A stretch of 64,000 bases of DNA, from assembly GCA_964581515.1 (NCBI GenBank), contig CAZOOV010000007.1, positions 12,698 through 76,697 on the forward strand, read 5' to 3'. The notes beneath the pieces were generated by a model. The model was not told where the DNA came from. It worked only from the letters and a program-made list of their open reading frames with translations, and ran no database searches. This document shows, one piece after another, positions 1-11,008 of this stretch (position 1 is the stretch's first letter; each line of letters opens with the position of its first letter). A program made the translations under genes and the position numbers. This DNA is from an uncultured Methanosarcinales archaeon. GTDB taxonomy: Archaea > Nanobdellota > Nanobdellia > Woesearchaeales > JACJVV01.

Positions 1-1419
1 ATACAGATGCTGGTATACAATGGTCTTGGGAAACCTGTATTGAATATGCAGATCGAGATCCTTGGTTGTGATAATTATGTTGATGGAGCTTCATATGCCT
101 CAGGCAATGCAATTTCACAAATGCAGACTGTAGGAGAAGGCGATACTGCGATGTTCGAGATATATTGCGAGGGTCCTATTGCAAATACTAAATTCACATC
201 TGATATAAAGATAAATTATGATACAAAGACACTGGAAGAGACCTTGAGCCATGAGCAGCAGGGCATGATAAGCTCAGAGGTAGGTGGTGTTCTTCTTGGG
301 ATAGTGAATCCAGGGGAAGGAGGAGGAGATGCAGATTACACAGGTCCAACAACATTTGATTTCAGCACAGGGGGAGATGAATGGGTGACAAATGGCACTC
401 CTTCATTTTATAGCGGTTCTGTCACAGGATGTGGGCTTGATGTTGGTGTCGATTCAATGTGCGCAGACCAGTGCAGTACAACAGGCACATGGAATGATAT
501 AATGTGGGGCCCTTCAATTGCATTGACAGGCATGAGTTCAGCAATGCTTTCTGCAGATGTCTGGAAAGAGGATGAGACACAATATGGTTGGTATTATGAT
601 ATTGGCTATATTGTAATATCTACTGATGGAGGTACTACTTATGATACATTGAGTGCACTAGGCTATTCGTCTGGATGGACCACTGTTGAATATGATATTG
701 ATGCTTATCTTGGAGAGACTATCTCTATAGGGGTGTTGTTTAATACACAAGACGGATGCTGTAGCTTTGAGAGCTTCTGCATAACAAATATAGAAGTGAC
801 TGAAGGAGAGCCTTCATGCGATTGCGCTACAGAAGCAGATGTGTGCTGCCCAATAGCAGATTTCTCATGCACTGCAACAGGATGTGAAGGTTACGATGAT
901 GCTGGACCATTGTTCGGGTTTGCCATGTCTTCAGCCAGCGACTGGAGCTGTGAATGGCAAAGCCCTATATATCAATGGAATTGGTATGAATACTGCTATG
1001 ATGGACAGTGGAATGCATATAACAATTGTGATGGAGGGTATCAATGCAACAACTGTGATGTCACATACAGCAATTGCCAGCAAGTTTATGATCAGAATTG
1101 GAATACTGTATGCAATAACTGCGCATGTCCTGACCAGCCTAGCGAATGCATCATGACATGCACTGCTTCCGGATGTCCTGACACCCAGACTGGCCCTAAT
1201 TTCGGTGGCCCTATCAAGTATGCCTCAGACTGGGGTTGTGAATGGGGAGATTATGGTGTCGACTATGAATATTGCAGCGGTGGTAACTGGTATTTTGAGA
1301 ATGGAGACTTAGGCTATTACTGTGGATCATGCGATGAAGCAGGATCCTATTGCAGTTATGTCTATGAACTTCCTGACTGGAATACGTATTGCAATAATTG
1401 TGCATGTCCAATGATGTAG
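1..1419 (+). CDS. Hyper-cysteine-rich secreted protein, 5'-truncated by the window edge; paralogue of the next gene
   Basis: Frame 1 is open from nt 1. Residues IQMLVYNGLGKP...ILGCDNYVDGASY...GEGDTAMFEIYCEGPI align with residues ~80-190 of the downstream 686-aa protein. C-terminal half has repeated Cys/Trp/Tyr/Asn-rich modules (DWSCEW...YCNNCACP occurs twice). Ends TAG 1417-1419. Confidence 0.6.
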   Translation: MQMLVYNGLGKPVLNMQIEILGCDNYVDGASYASGNAISQMQTVGEGDTAMFEIYCEGPIANTKFTSDIKINYDTKTLEETLSHEQQGMISSEVGGVLLGIVNPGEGGGDADYTGPTTFDFSTGGDEWVTNGTPSFYSGSVTGCGLDVGVDSMCADQCSTTGTWNDIMWGPSIALTGMSSAMLSADVWKEDETQYGWYYDIGYIVISTDGGTTYDTLSALGYSSGWTTVEYDIDAYLGETISIGVLFNTQDGCCSFESFCITNIEVTEGEPSCDCATEADVCCPIADFSCTATGCEGYDDAGPLFGFAMSSASDWSCEWQSPIYQWNWYEYCYDGQWNAYNNCDGGYQCNNCDVTYSNCQQVYDQNWNTVCNNCACPDQPSECIMTCTASGCPDTQTGPNFGGPIKYASDWGCEWGDYGVDYEYCSGGNWYFENGDLGYYCGSCDEAGSYCSYVYELPDWNTYCNNCACPMM

Positions 1420-1594
1420 GTCAGTTTTCTCTTTTTTTTCTTATTCTTTAGTTGTTATTTTATCTCTTTATTTTAACTCAAGTTCTAGAAAAATATATAA
1501 ATGACTTAACTTAAAATGGATCATTAATTAGTGATTTTATTATTATTATTATTATATTAAGATATTAGTCAAATTCAAAAAAAGAGGTAGAAAG

Positions 1595-3655
1595 ATGATA
1601 AAAAAACACTTCCCTAATTTCTCAAAATCTAAAAGAGCACAGGCTGCTATGGAATTCTTAATGACCTATGGTTGGGCATTGATGGTGGTTCTTATTGTAA
1701 TTGGAGCATTGGCATTTTTTGGGCTTTTAAATCCTGATAAATTTTTGCCTGACAAAGTTGAGATGGGAACTGGTTTTATTGTGCGATCTGTTGCTGTAGG
1801 AGAAAATGGTATACAAATACTTGTATTTAATGGTATAGGAAATCCTGCTCGTGGTTTTCAGATAGAAGTTGAAGCATGCGAAAATTATGTTGAGGGAGGA
1901 GCTTATGACACAGGTAATTCAATATCAGATATAACTACAATAGGGGAAGGGGAGACTGAAATGTTCACTATTGAATGTACAGGACCTATTGAAGGTACTA
2001 AATTTAAATCAGATTTAACTATGTATTATTCTACAAAAGTACTTTCTGAGACTATTACACATGAGCAATCAGGACTTCTTAATGTTGAAGTAGGAGGAGA
2101 ATTAGATTTAGTAGGAGGAGAATTAGATTTAGGATGTGGTGCATCAAATTGTGGTTCATGTGGACAAGGTGATTGTTCTTCTGGTTGTTCTTGGGACGGT
2201 GCATCATGTAATTCATGCAATCCTTATTCATGTAGTTCATGTACACAAACTGATTGTGAAGCAGCATCTGGCTGTGCTTGGACAGGATCCCAGTGTATAA
2301 TATTGAATTCATTCTCATGTGAATCAGCATCTGACCAAGGGACCTGTGAACAGGCATCCGGCTGTGGATTTAGTTCAACATTTGGTTGTACAAGCTGTGG
2401 AACTGGAAACTGTGGTTCTTGTGATTCTGAAACATGTGGTAGTTCTAGTGAATGTGCTAATCATTGGAGCGGAGCTTGTATGGATGTTGAAGATATGATG
2501 TGGTGTTGGGATATTAATGATGAGAATGGATGCAATGGAAAAGAAGGATGTAGCTGGAGTGGTGGAGGTTGGTGTGATTATTGTACTGAAGGAGTAGGAT
2601 ATGGATGTAATACAGAGGAAGATTGCGAGGAAAGTGGGAGTTATTGGTTAACTAATTATCCATATTCAGATGATGGAACTTATTGTACTGATAAATGGGG
2701 CTATTGTTATTATGGTTATGATGGGGATCAATCAAATTGTGAAGCAGATTCATTATGTGTATGGTATAGTAATTCATGTAGGCCATGTTCTGATGAATGT
2801 TATGACTGTACTTCAAGCAGCTATTGTAATGTAAATCCTTTATGTACATGGGGTACTACATGTACTCCTATTACTGAGACATGTCCAGACCAATGCGGGG
2901 GTTGCACAGATCAGTCTACTTGTGAATCTGCAGGATGTATTTGGGCATCATCTACAAGTGAATGCTGGCTTGATATGACTGGAACTAGTTGTTGGGATCT
3001 CTGGAATGTGCCGGAAGAAGTTTGTGAAGGATCAGGTTGTTATATGAAAGATGATTATTGTGGTTTTTGCAATTCATATGATTTCTGGTATTGTCCAGAT
3101 CAAACAACTTGTGAGGCTGCTGGTGGAGCATGGATGACTGATTATCCTCATTCTTCTAGTGGTGAACAGTGTGTTTATGAGTCTGATCTTTGTTATTATT
3201 CTTATCAAGGTGATGAAGCAGGTTGTGATGGAGACCCTGATTGTGGATGGTATAGCAGTGGATATTGTTATTATTGCGGTAATGGGAATTGTGGAAACTG
3301 CTGGCAACAAGGGATGTGTGAAACCGTAGAAGGCTGTATGTGGGATGGTTCTAGTTGTACTTCATGTTCAAGTTCAGCGTGCGGTGCATGTTATGATCAG
3401 ACTACTTGTGAGAGTGTAAGCTGTATATGGGATTCTGGTTCATCTAGTTGTCTATCATGTGATAGTCAGCATTGTACTAATTGTCCTGATCAGACCAATT
3501 GTGAATCTAGTGATGGATGTTCATGGGACGGTGCATCATGTAATACTTGCAATGAATATAGTTGTTCTGGATGTACACAGACTGACTGTGGATCAACTAC
3601 GGGCTGTTCATGGTCTGGAAGTGTCTGTGAAGTATGCAATCAGTATACATGTTAA
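1595..3655 (+). CDS. Hyper-cysteine-rich secreted protein with archaeal class III (type IV pilin-like) signal peptide; coding pattern continues past an in-frame TAA to 3718
   Basis: N-terminus KRAQAAMEFLMTYGWALMVVLIVIGALAF matches the archaeal prepilin/DUF361-type signal (K/R-x-Q...E-F/L plus hydrophobic helix). About 100 Cys arranged in repeated ~35-aa modules (SGCSWDGASCNSCNPYSCSSCTQTDCE...). A 21-nt exact intragenic DNA repeat (tgggacggtgcatcatgtaat) occurs at ~2184 and ~3526. Confidence 0.65.
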   Translation: MIKKHFPNFSKSKRAQAAMEFLMTYGWALMVVLIVIGALAFFGLLNPDKFLPDKVEMGTGFIVRSVAVGENGIQILVFNGIGNPARGFQIEVEACENYVEGGAYDTGNSISDITTIGEGETEMFTIECTGPIEGTKFKSDLTMYYSTKVLSETITHEQSGLLNVEVGGELDLVGGELDLGCGASNCGSCGQGDCSSGCSWDGASCNSCNPYSCSSCTQTDCEAASGCAWTGSQCIILNSFSCESASDQGTCEQASGCGFSSTFGCTSCGTGNCGSCDSETCGSSSECANHWSGACMDVEDMMWCWDINDENGCNGKEGCSWSGGGWCDYCTEGVGYGCNTEEDCEESGSYWLTNYPYSDDGTYCTDKWGYCYYGYDGDQSNCEADSLCVWYSNSCRPCSDECYDCTSSSYCNVNPLCTWGTTCTPITETCPDQCGGCTDQSTCESAGCIWASSTSECWLDMTGTSCWDLWNVPEEVCEGSGCYMKDDYCGFCNSYDFWYCPDQTTCEAAGGAWMTDYPHSSSGEQCVYESDLCYYSYQGDEAGCDGDPDCGWYSSGYCYYCGNGNCGNCWQQGMCETVEGCMWDGSSCTSCSSSACGACYDQTTCESVSCIWDSGSSSCLSCDSQHCTNCPDQTNCESSDGCSWDGASCNTCNEYSCSGCTQTDCGSTTGCSWSGSVCEVCNQYTC

Positions 3656-3829
3656 TCTTGCTATACTTCATCTGAATGTTCATCTGCAAGCTGTTCATGG
3701 GACGGCAGTTCTTGTTCATAAACAGGAATTTATTTTTTACTTAATTATTTTTTATTTAATTAAGAATTAGTTTTTATTCTCTTATTATTCTTTATTTATT
3801 ATTATTATATGACTTTTTTATTTCTTTTT

Positions 3830-4204
3830 TTATTTTTTCATTTTTTCTATCTTTTCTTCTATCTTCTTCTTCAATTCTTCTTTATCTCCTTTCATGGGTA
3901 TTCCAATTATCTTAATGTTATCAATTTGTCCTATCTTGTCTTTTAGTTTTAGGAAATAACGAAGATCAAAGTCATGCAGAGAACTGATTCCATCGTCGCT
4001 GAGCTTATTGATGTCTTCAATCAACATAACATCATCTATGCCTTCAACTACATCAAGAATAACAATTCTTCCTTCTTCTAGAAATATTTCATCAGGAGAA
4101 TCACATTTGATGAATTCTACATCATCAATAACAAGTTCATCAGCTATTTCTTTAGCTAAGGAGTCGTTTTCTAAGAATTCATTGCCAAAACAGAATACCT
4201 TCAT
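3830..4204 (-). CDS. [NiFe]-hydrogenase maturation endopeptidase (HycI/FrhD family)
   Basis: 124 aa. N-terminal CFGNEFLENDSLA (GN..L.ND motif) and HDFD motif are typical of hydrogenase C-terminal processing proteases. Confidence 0.55.
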   Translation of the reverse strand: MKVFCFGNEFLENDSLAKEIADELVIDDVEFIKCDSPDEIFLEEGRIVILDVVEGIDDVMLIEDINKLSDDGISSLHDFDLRYFLKLKDKIGQIDNIKIIGIPMKGDKEELKKKIEEKIEKMKK

Positions 4205-4422
4205 TTGAGTGTTTGGTCTGGTGCTAGTGTTTTTGATCTCTTCATAGATTCATGTTTCAATACTGCCATCTTAACCAAGTAAACAAATACTCCTGTAAAT
4301 AGAACTAAACTAAGTAATATGACAACACAGATCCAATCTGATAGCAAATGTCCTTCATGCATTATTATAACACCTCATGATTATTCTTAATTGATGATAT
4401 CTTCATTAAATTTTTATATATC

Positions 4423-6378
<1,956 letters not shown>

Positions 6379-6632
6379 TTAATTTCCCTGAGAAATGCCT
6401 TGAAATTTCCCTTCTTTTATAGTATCATCAAAACGGGTTTATTTATAAAGATTTCGTTCTGCTAAAGGCTGTTTTTCTCGTCGAGAAAAGAGAAAATCAA
6501 GATATGGTCATGATGAGCAATCCGCCTGAAAAATAGGGGATTTCCGGAAGCGTTTTTTCGACTGCAGGATATAGCAAAAATTATATAAACCTTCATCTAT
6601 GGGATTACTCACATAATACTATAACCTGCAAA

Positions 6633-7490
6633 ATGGCTAAAGAACATCTTATCAGTTTCATAGACAAACATCAAAAAAGAGGATACGACAGGAAAACACT
6701 TACTTCTATATTGCTTAAACATAAATATCCTTTGACAGAGATAAATGAAGCTTTTGATTCGTTATCGAATAATACATTATCGAATAATGCAGCTAATGGC
6801 TCTTCTTCAGATAGCCCAGCTAAAGTCGATGAAGTCCACAAACAGAACATTGCTTTGAAACATAAGAGCAAAAAGAACGTATTCAGGATACATCTTTTCA
6901 TACTGCTGTGCTTAATCCTTCTTCTTCTTGTTGTTCTGGGAGGCATAATTGTAAATATCAAAGGGAGAAATATAGATCTTGGAGCGGACCATGGACGGCA
7001 GGAGGAGATTCAAGATAAGAAGATTGCAGATAAGGCTGATGCCAAATCAATAGATAAGACAGCATCAAGATCTGACGAGAAAAATGATGATAATATGGCA
7101 TCTCTTGAGAGGCCAGATGCAAAGCCATCAATAATTTGTACTATGATACGTGTTGAAAGCCTTGCAAATAATTTTATGTCTGAATCAGAAAAACTACCTA
7201 TCAGGTGCTTCTTCAGCAATCTTGAAGGCTGCAATCCTGCATCTGTGACTGTGATAGATGGTGAAAGGATATCAGATGTATCAATCAAAGATGAGAAAAG
7301 AGGATACTGCATTCTGAGCATCAATGAATATACCAGCGTAAAAGGCTATACATGCAAGGTTCCAGATGATTTCTGGACCTTGAACAGTGTTGAAGATGAT
7401 ATCATGGCAGGTGCAGATGTCCTTAGGATGATATTAAGCACTCCTGAGGATGATGAACTTAAAGTATATGGCATAAGCTGTAAAATTTAA
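6633..7490 (+). CDS. Hypothetical single-pass membrane protein (tandem paralogue A)
   Basis: Conserved ~40-aa N-terminal domain (EHLISFIDKHQKRGYDRKTLTSILLKHKYPLTEINEAF), low-complexity linker, one TM helix (LFILLCLILLLLVVLGGIIV), Cys-containing C-terminal domain. Confidence 0.5.
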   Translation: MAKEHLISFIDKHQKRGYDRKTLTSILLKHKYPLTEINEAFDSLSNNTLSNNAANGSSSDSPAKVDEVHKQNIALKHKSKKNVFRIHLFILLCLILLLLVVLGGIIVNIKGRNIDLGADHGRQEEIQDKKIADKADAKSIDKTASRSDEKNDDNMASLERPDAKPSIICTMIRVESLANNFMSESEKLPIRCFFSNLEGCNPASVTVIDGERISDVSIKDEKRGYCILSINEYTSVKGYTCKVPDDFWTLNSVEDDIMAGADVLRMILSTPEDDELKVYGISCKI

Positions 7491-7569
7491 TCACTATTCT
7501 AAAATGATTACCAAAACTTATATAAGAAATTGCAGTTGATAGCATAATATAGCTATATAGAGGGATATA

Positions 7570-8565
7570 ATGGTACAAGAACATTTATTGGAATTTATCA
7601 GGAAGAATCTTAACGAGGGTTATGATAAACCTCGATTGACTGAAGTACTTCTAAAGCATGGATATGACCAAGCTGTAATTGATGAAGCCTTTACACAGGT
7701 TGAAGGAGGCACGCCTGCATCACAAGAACCTCAATCAGTCCCTGCTGATGCACAGCAACCAGCAGCTTCTACTGAACAACCTCAACAACAACCAGAACAA
7801 CAAGCACCTGTAGAAGCACAACAAGCATCTGCGGCACCTATTGCACAAGAGTCTGCTGCTCAAGATACCCAACAAGCTCAACAGAATACTGCTGAAGAAA
7901 AACCTAAGAAGAATATATCCAAGATAATCACTTTTGCACTATTAGGAGTTGTAGTAGTAGCAGTTCTTATACTGCTGGCAATGTGGATGATGCCTTCTGA
8001 AAGTGATCCTGATGAGATCATAACTCCTAAACTACCATTGCAACCTGATTCTGATGAGGAACAGGTTGTCAAAGATGATGATGCTGATACAGAACAGTTA
8101 TTATTATGCCCTTCGCTTGATTTAACTAAAAATATATCCCGGAATTCAGAAGGTTCTATATTGTGCTTCCTGAATGCCATTACGGATTGTAGGACAACAA
8201 ATCACACAATATTGGTCGAGAATAAATTACAGACTGTAATAGTGAATGGTTCAAACACTGGTTCAGGAGAAGAAGGCATTTGTCCTGTTGAAATAGAATC
8301 CAGAGCATGCATAATTGAGAATGTCATCCCTCTGACAGGCAACTCTAAGGCTGATGAGATCAGGCTTGATAATGAGAAGAAGAGGATGATGGCAAGTTGT
8401 GCGGTAAATAAGGCTGATTCCAGCACTATCTGTACAATAACATCATCAGAAGTCCAGGAAAATGGTACAGGGATAAGTCTTGTACAGAAGCATGTGGGAT
8501 TCATAGATGGACTGGCTAACCTGGAGTCAGGCCAATATACAAGCTATTCTATTGATTGTCCCTGA
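7570..8565 (+). CDS. Hypothetical single-pass membrane protein (tandem paralogue B)
   Basis: N-terminus EHLLEFIRKNLNEGYDKPRLTEVLLKHGYDQAVIDEAF aligns with paralogue A. Q/P/A-rich linker, TM helix (ITFALLGVVVVAVLILLAMWMM), Cys-containing ectodomain. Confidence 0.5.
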   Translation: MVQEHLLEFIRKNLNEGYDKPRLTEVLLKHGYDQAVIDEAFTQVEGGTPASQEPQSVPADAQQPAASTEQPQQQPEQQAPVEAQQASAAPIAQESAAQDTQQAQQNTAEEKPKKNISKIITFALLGVVVVAVLILLAMWMMPSESDPDEIITPKLPLQPDSDEEQVVKDDDADTEQLLLCPSLDLTKNISRNSEGSILCFLNAITDCRTTNHTILVENKLQTVIVNGSNTGSGEEGICPVEIESRACIIENVIPLTGNSKADEIRLDNEKKRMMASCAVNKADSSTICTITSSEVQENGTGISLVQKHVGFIDGLANLESGQYTSYSIDCP

Positions 8566-8637
8566 AAAATATGAGTTTATCAGTTAACAGTCAAATATTG
8601 TTATTCTCTTCTTAGATTATTATTTAAATTAAGATAT

Positions 8638-8697
8638 ATTAGAATCTAAATTATTAGAATCTGAGTTATTAGAATCCAATCTATTAGAACTTGAATA
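8638..8697. repeat. 4 x 15-bp direct tandem repeat (TATTAGAAYCYNANT) between convergent gene ends
   Basis: tattagaatctaaat / tattagaatctgagt / tattagaatccaatc / tattagaacttgaat, read directly from the sequence. Confidence 0.6.
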
Positions 8698-8714
8698 TCC
8701 CTGAATGAGGGGTT

Positions 8715-9992
8715 TTAGCACCACTTAACCTTCAGGAAATGTGAACTGCAACTGAAGCAAGGATCATAACTTCTGATAAGACGTTCAATCTCAAATACAA
8801 TAGTATCTTTATCTTTCCCTTGGTCTAAAAGTTGTTGTACATACGCTGCTATATCCTCATTGAGATTCCTTAAGAATTGTGCAGTAGGAGTCACGATATT
8901 TGCATATGTGATTATTCCATCCTTATCTGTCTTATATTCATGCCATAATACTCCTCTAGGAGCTTCATTGGCAGCAATACCATGACCTTCTCCAACATTA
9001 ATCTTGGCAATCTCTTCGTGCTCTATCTTGAAATTATCAAGGAGCTTGATGCATTCTTCCCTGTAATGTATCAATTCAAGTGCTTGTGCCATGACATTAT
9101 GGAATGGGTTGTCGCTGGGGAACTTAATAGGTATTGTCTTCATGAATTCTTGAGTCTCTGGGCTGAGTTTTTCCATATTATTATTGAATCTTGCAAGTGT
9201 ACCTACTGAATATGCTTTACCCTCACGTACTACCATATTGCATGAAGAGTAAGGTTCATGGTATTCTTCTACAAAAGAATGGAATTCTTTTTGTTTGTAT
9301 ATCTTACCATCAATCTTCATATCTCCTTGTGATGTTCCGAACTCATCATCACTAACAATAGACATATATTGGGTAGGGCGTTGGAAATCAGGATATTCCA
9401 ATGAAGCGAACAGTTTATTTGTCTCCATTATATCATCTTTTGCCTTGTTAAGCCTGTCTTTTATCTCATCGAGCTTCTCTTGGGTTGGGAAGTGTGTAAA
9501 TCCTCCAATTGTAGGGGATATAGGATGGATTACACGGCCAGTCAACAATGATACCATATCATTGCCTAGTTTCATAAGCCTTAGTGCTCTTGCAATCTCA
9601 TCTTTGAATTTTGAGGCCATCTCAATTGCTGATTTGTAGCCTACATAATCCGGAAGAGCAAGAACATACAAGTGTGCAGCATGACTTCTTATTCTTTCAC
9701 CAATAGTCTGTAGTTGTCTTAATGCAATTGTTTGTTTTGACGCTTTGACACCAAGACAGTTTTCCATAGCCATTATTGCAGCAACATTATGTGCTGAAGA
9801 ACAGATTCCGCAAATCCTTGTAGAGATCTCTTGAGGTTCATTCCATTTTCTGCCTTTGAGAAGACCTTCAAAATATCTGCTTCCTTCAATTGAGCCTAGT
9901 TCGCATCTTTTGACTTTGCCATTATCTATTTCTAGCTCTAGTTTTGCATGTCCTTCGACTTTGGTTATATGATTTAATGTGATTTTTGTCAT
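8715..9992 (-). CDS. hydA: [NiFe]-hydrogenase large (alpha) subunit, group 3b sulfhydrogenase type
   Basis: N-terminal Ni-binding RICGICSSAH (RxCGxCxxxH) and C-terminal DPCFSCSSH (DPCxxCxxH) with short C-terminal extension. Operon order beta-gamma-delta-alpha. Confidence 0.85.
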   Translation of the reverse strand: MTKITLNHITKVEGHAKLELEIDNGKVKRCELGSIEGSRYFEGLLKGRKWNEPQEISTRICGICSSAHNVAAIMAMENCLGVKASKQTIALRQLQTIGERIRSHAAHLYVLALPDYVGYKSAIEMASKFKDEIARALRLMKLGNDMVSLLTGRVIHPISPTIGGFTHFPTQEKLDEIKDRLNKAKDDIMETNKLFASLEYPDFQRPTQYMSIVSDDEFGTSQGDMKIDGKIYKQKEFHSFVEEYHEPYSSCNMVVREGKAYSVGTLARFNNNMEKLSPETQEFMKTIPIKFPSDNPFHNVMAQALELIHYREECIKLLDNFKIEHEEIAKINVGEGHGIAANEAPRGVLWHEYKTDKDGIITYANIVTPTAQFLRNLNEDIAAYVQQLLDQGKDKDTIVFEIERLIRSYDPCFSCSSHFLKVKWC

Positions 9993-10101
9993 TTTATTCT
10001 TGTTTTCCTTTCTTTATCCTTAATATTTTATGATTTTAATTGTATTTTATTTAATACATTATTATTATTTAATTATAATCTTGTTTGATATCTTACTTTC
10101 A

Positions 10102-10872
10102 TTATATTTGTTCTTTCTTCTTGTTTAATGCTTCATGTATCTCAAGTCCTGCAAATGTATTCATATGTTTCATCGCTTCTTCTTTGTCTATTCCTTTTTC
10201 TTTGAGAAGCTTGAAATATTCATCAAATTGAGCATCATCAGTTATCCCTCTGCAACCATAGCATTCAAAACCATTGTTTGTACACACAGCAGAGCATCCT
10301 CCTCTTGTCAGAGGACCAAGACAGATCTTCTTCTCATCGAGAAGACAACCGTTCTCAAATAATCTGCATTCTCTGCATACTGGATCAGGGTAAGCCCTGA
10401 AATCTTTTCCAAGCAATAGCTCTTTGATGAATTTCTTGATTTCATCCCTGTCAGGAGGGCATCCAGGCAGCGCATATTCGACTTTTATGAACTTTGTAAT
10501 AGGTATTGGTTGGCCGACATCCTGCATCTCAGGGAATTTCTTTTCATATTTTAACCTATCAAGATCTTTTTCGTCAGCGTAATGTCTTAATGAAGGTATG
10601 CAACCATGCATAGCGCAACATCCAAGTGCAATCACTACTTTTGATCTTGCTCTTAATTTCTTGACCATCTCTTCGTCATCTTTATTGACTATTGCTCCTT
10701 CTATAAAGCAGATATCAAGAGGACCATCATATTTTTCTCCCATTATGAACCTGAACTCCTTTATATCGACTGCTGAAACTATGTCAAGCAGTTCGTCTTC
10801 ATTGAAGATTACACTTAGGAGACATCCCTGACATCCTGTTACATCATAAAATCCTACTTTAGGTTTTGCCAT
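10102..10872 (-). CDS. hydD: [NiFe]-hydrogenase small (delta) subunit
   Basis: N-terminal GFYDVTGCQGCLLS (proximal-cluster Cys motif), further Cys clusters (GCPPDRDE, CRECRLFENGC), position in operon. Confidence 0.7.
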   Translation of the reverse strand: MAKPKVGFYDVTGCQGCLLSVIFNEDELLDIVSAVDIKEFRFIMGEKYDGPLDICFIEGAIVNKDDEEMVKKLRARSKVVIALGCCAMHGCIPSLRHYADEKDLDRLKYEKKFPEMQDVGQPIPITKFIKVEYALPGCPPDRDEIKKFIKELLLGKDFRAYPDPVCRECRLFENGCLLDEKKICLGPLTRGGCSAVCTNNGFECYGCRGITDDAQFDEYFKLLKEKGIDKEEAMKHMNTFAGLEIHEALNKKKEQI

Positions 10873-10916
10873 TTTCTTTGTTGTTATTATTTTTTGTTTA
10901 TCTTTCTTTCATTTTT

Positions 10917-10978
10917 ACTGGGGCACGGCGAAGATCATAATCAGCCTTTAGCTGATTATCGCCTCAATGGGCGCCAGT
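10917..10978 (-). other. GC-rich structured intercistronic element inside the hyd operon (hairpin-forming)
   Basis: ACTGGGGCACGGCGAAGATCATAATCAGCCTTTAGCTGATTATCGCCTCAATGGGCGCCAGT. Nested complementarity ACTGG/CCAGT, GGCGA/TCGCC, TAATCAGC/GCTGATTA. Strongly GC-enriched relative to flanks. Confidence 0.3.
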
Positions 10979-11008
10979 AAAAATCTCATTTGATATATCC
11001 TTGATCTT

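Noticed and set aside
884-1156. 90-aa + strand ORF in an alternative frame inside the first Cys-rich gene
   Set aside because: It overlaps the main frame, which carries the conserved paralogous repeat structure.
2026-3310. Several 64-92-aa ORFs on the minus strand inside the Cys-rich gene
   Set aside because: They are antisense to a strongly supported coding frame with periodic Cys codons, and their products are low-complexity His/Asn/Leu strings typical of antisense artefacts.
8715-9992. Selenocysteine-containing hydrogenase large subunit
   Set aside because: Both Ni-ligand motifs use ordinary Cys codons (RICGIC, DPCFSC). There is no in-frame TGA.
10880-10990. GC-rich segment as a possible tRNA gene
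   Set aside because: No 7-bp acceptor stem closing the element, no T-loop (GTTCRANYC) or anticodon-arm geometry. It fits nested hairpins better.
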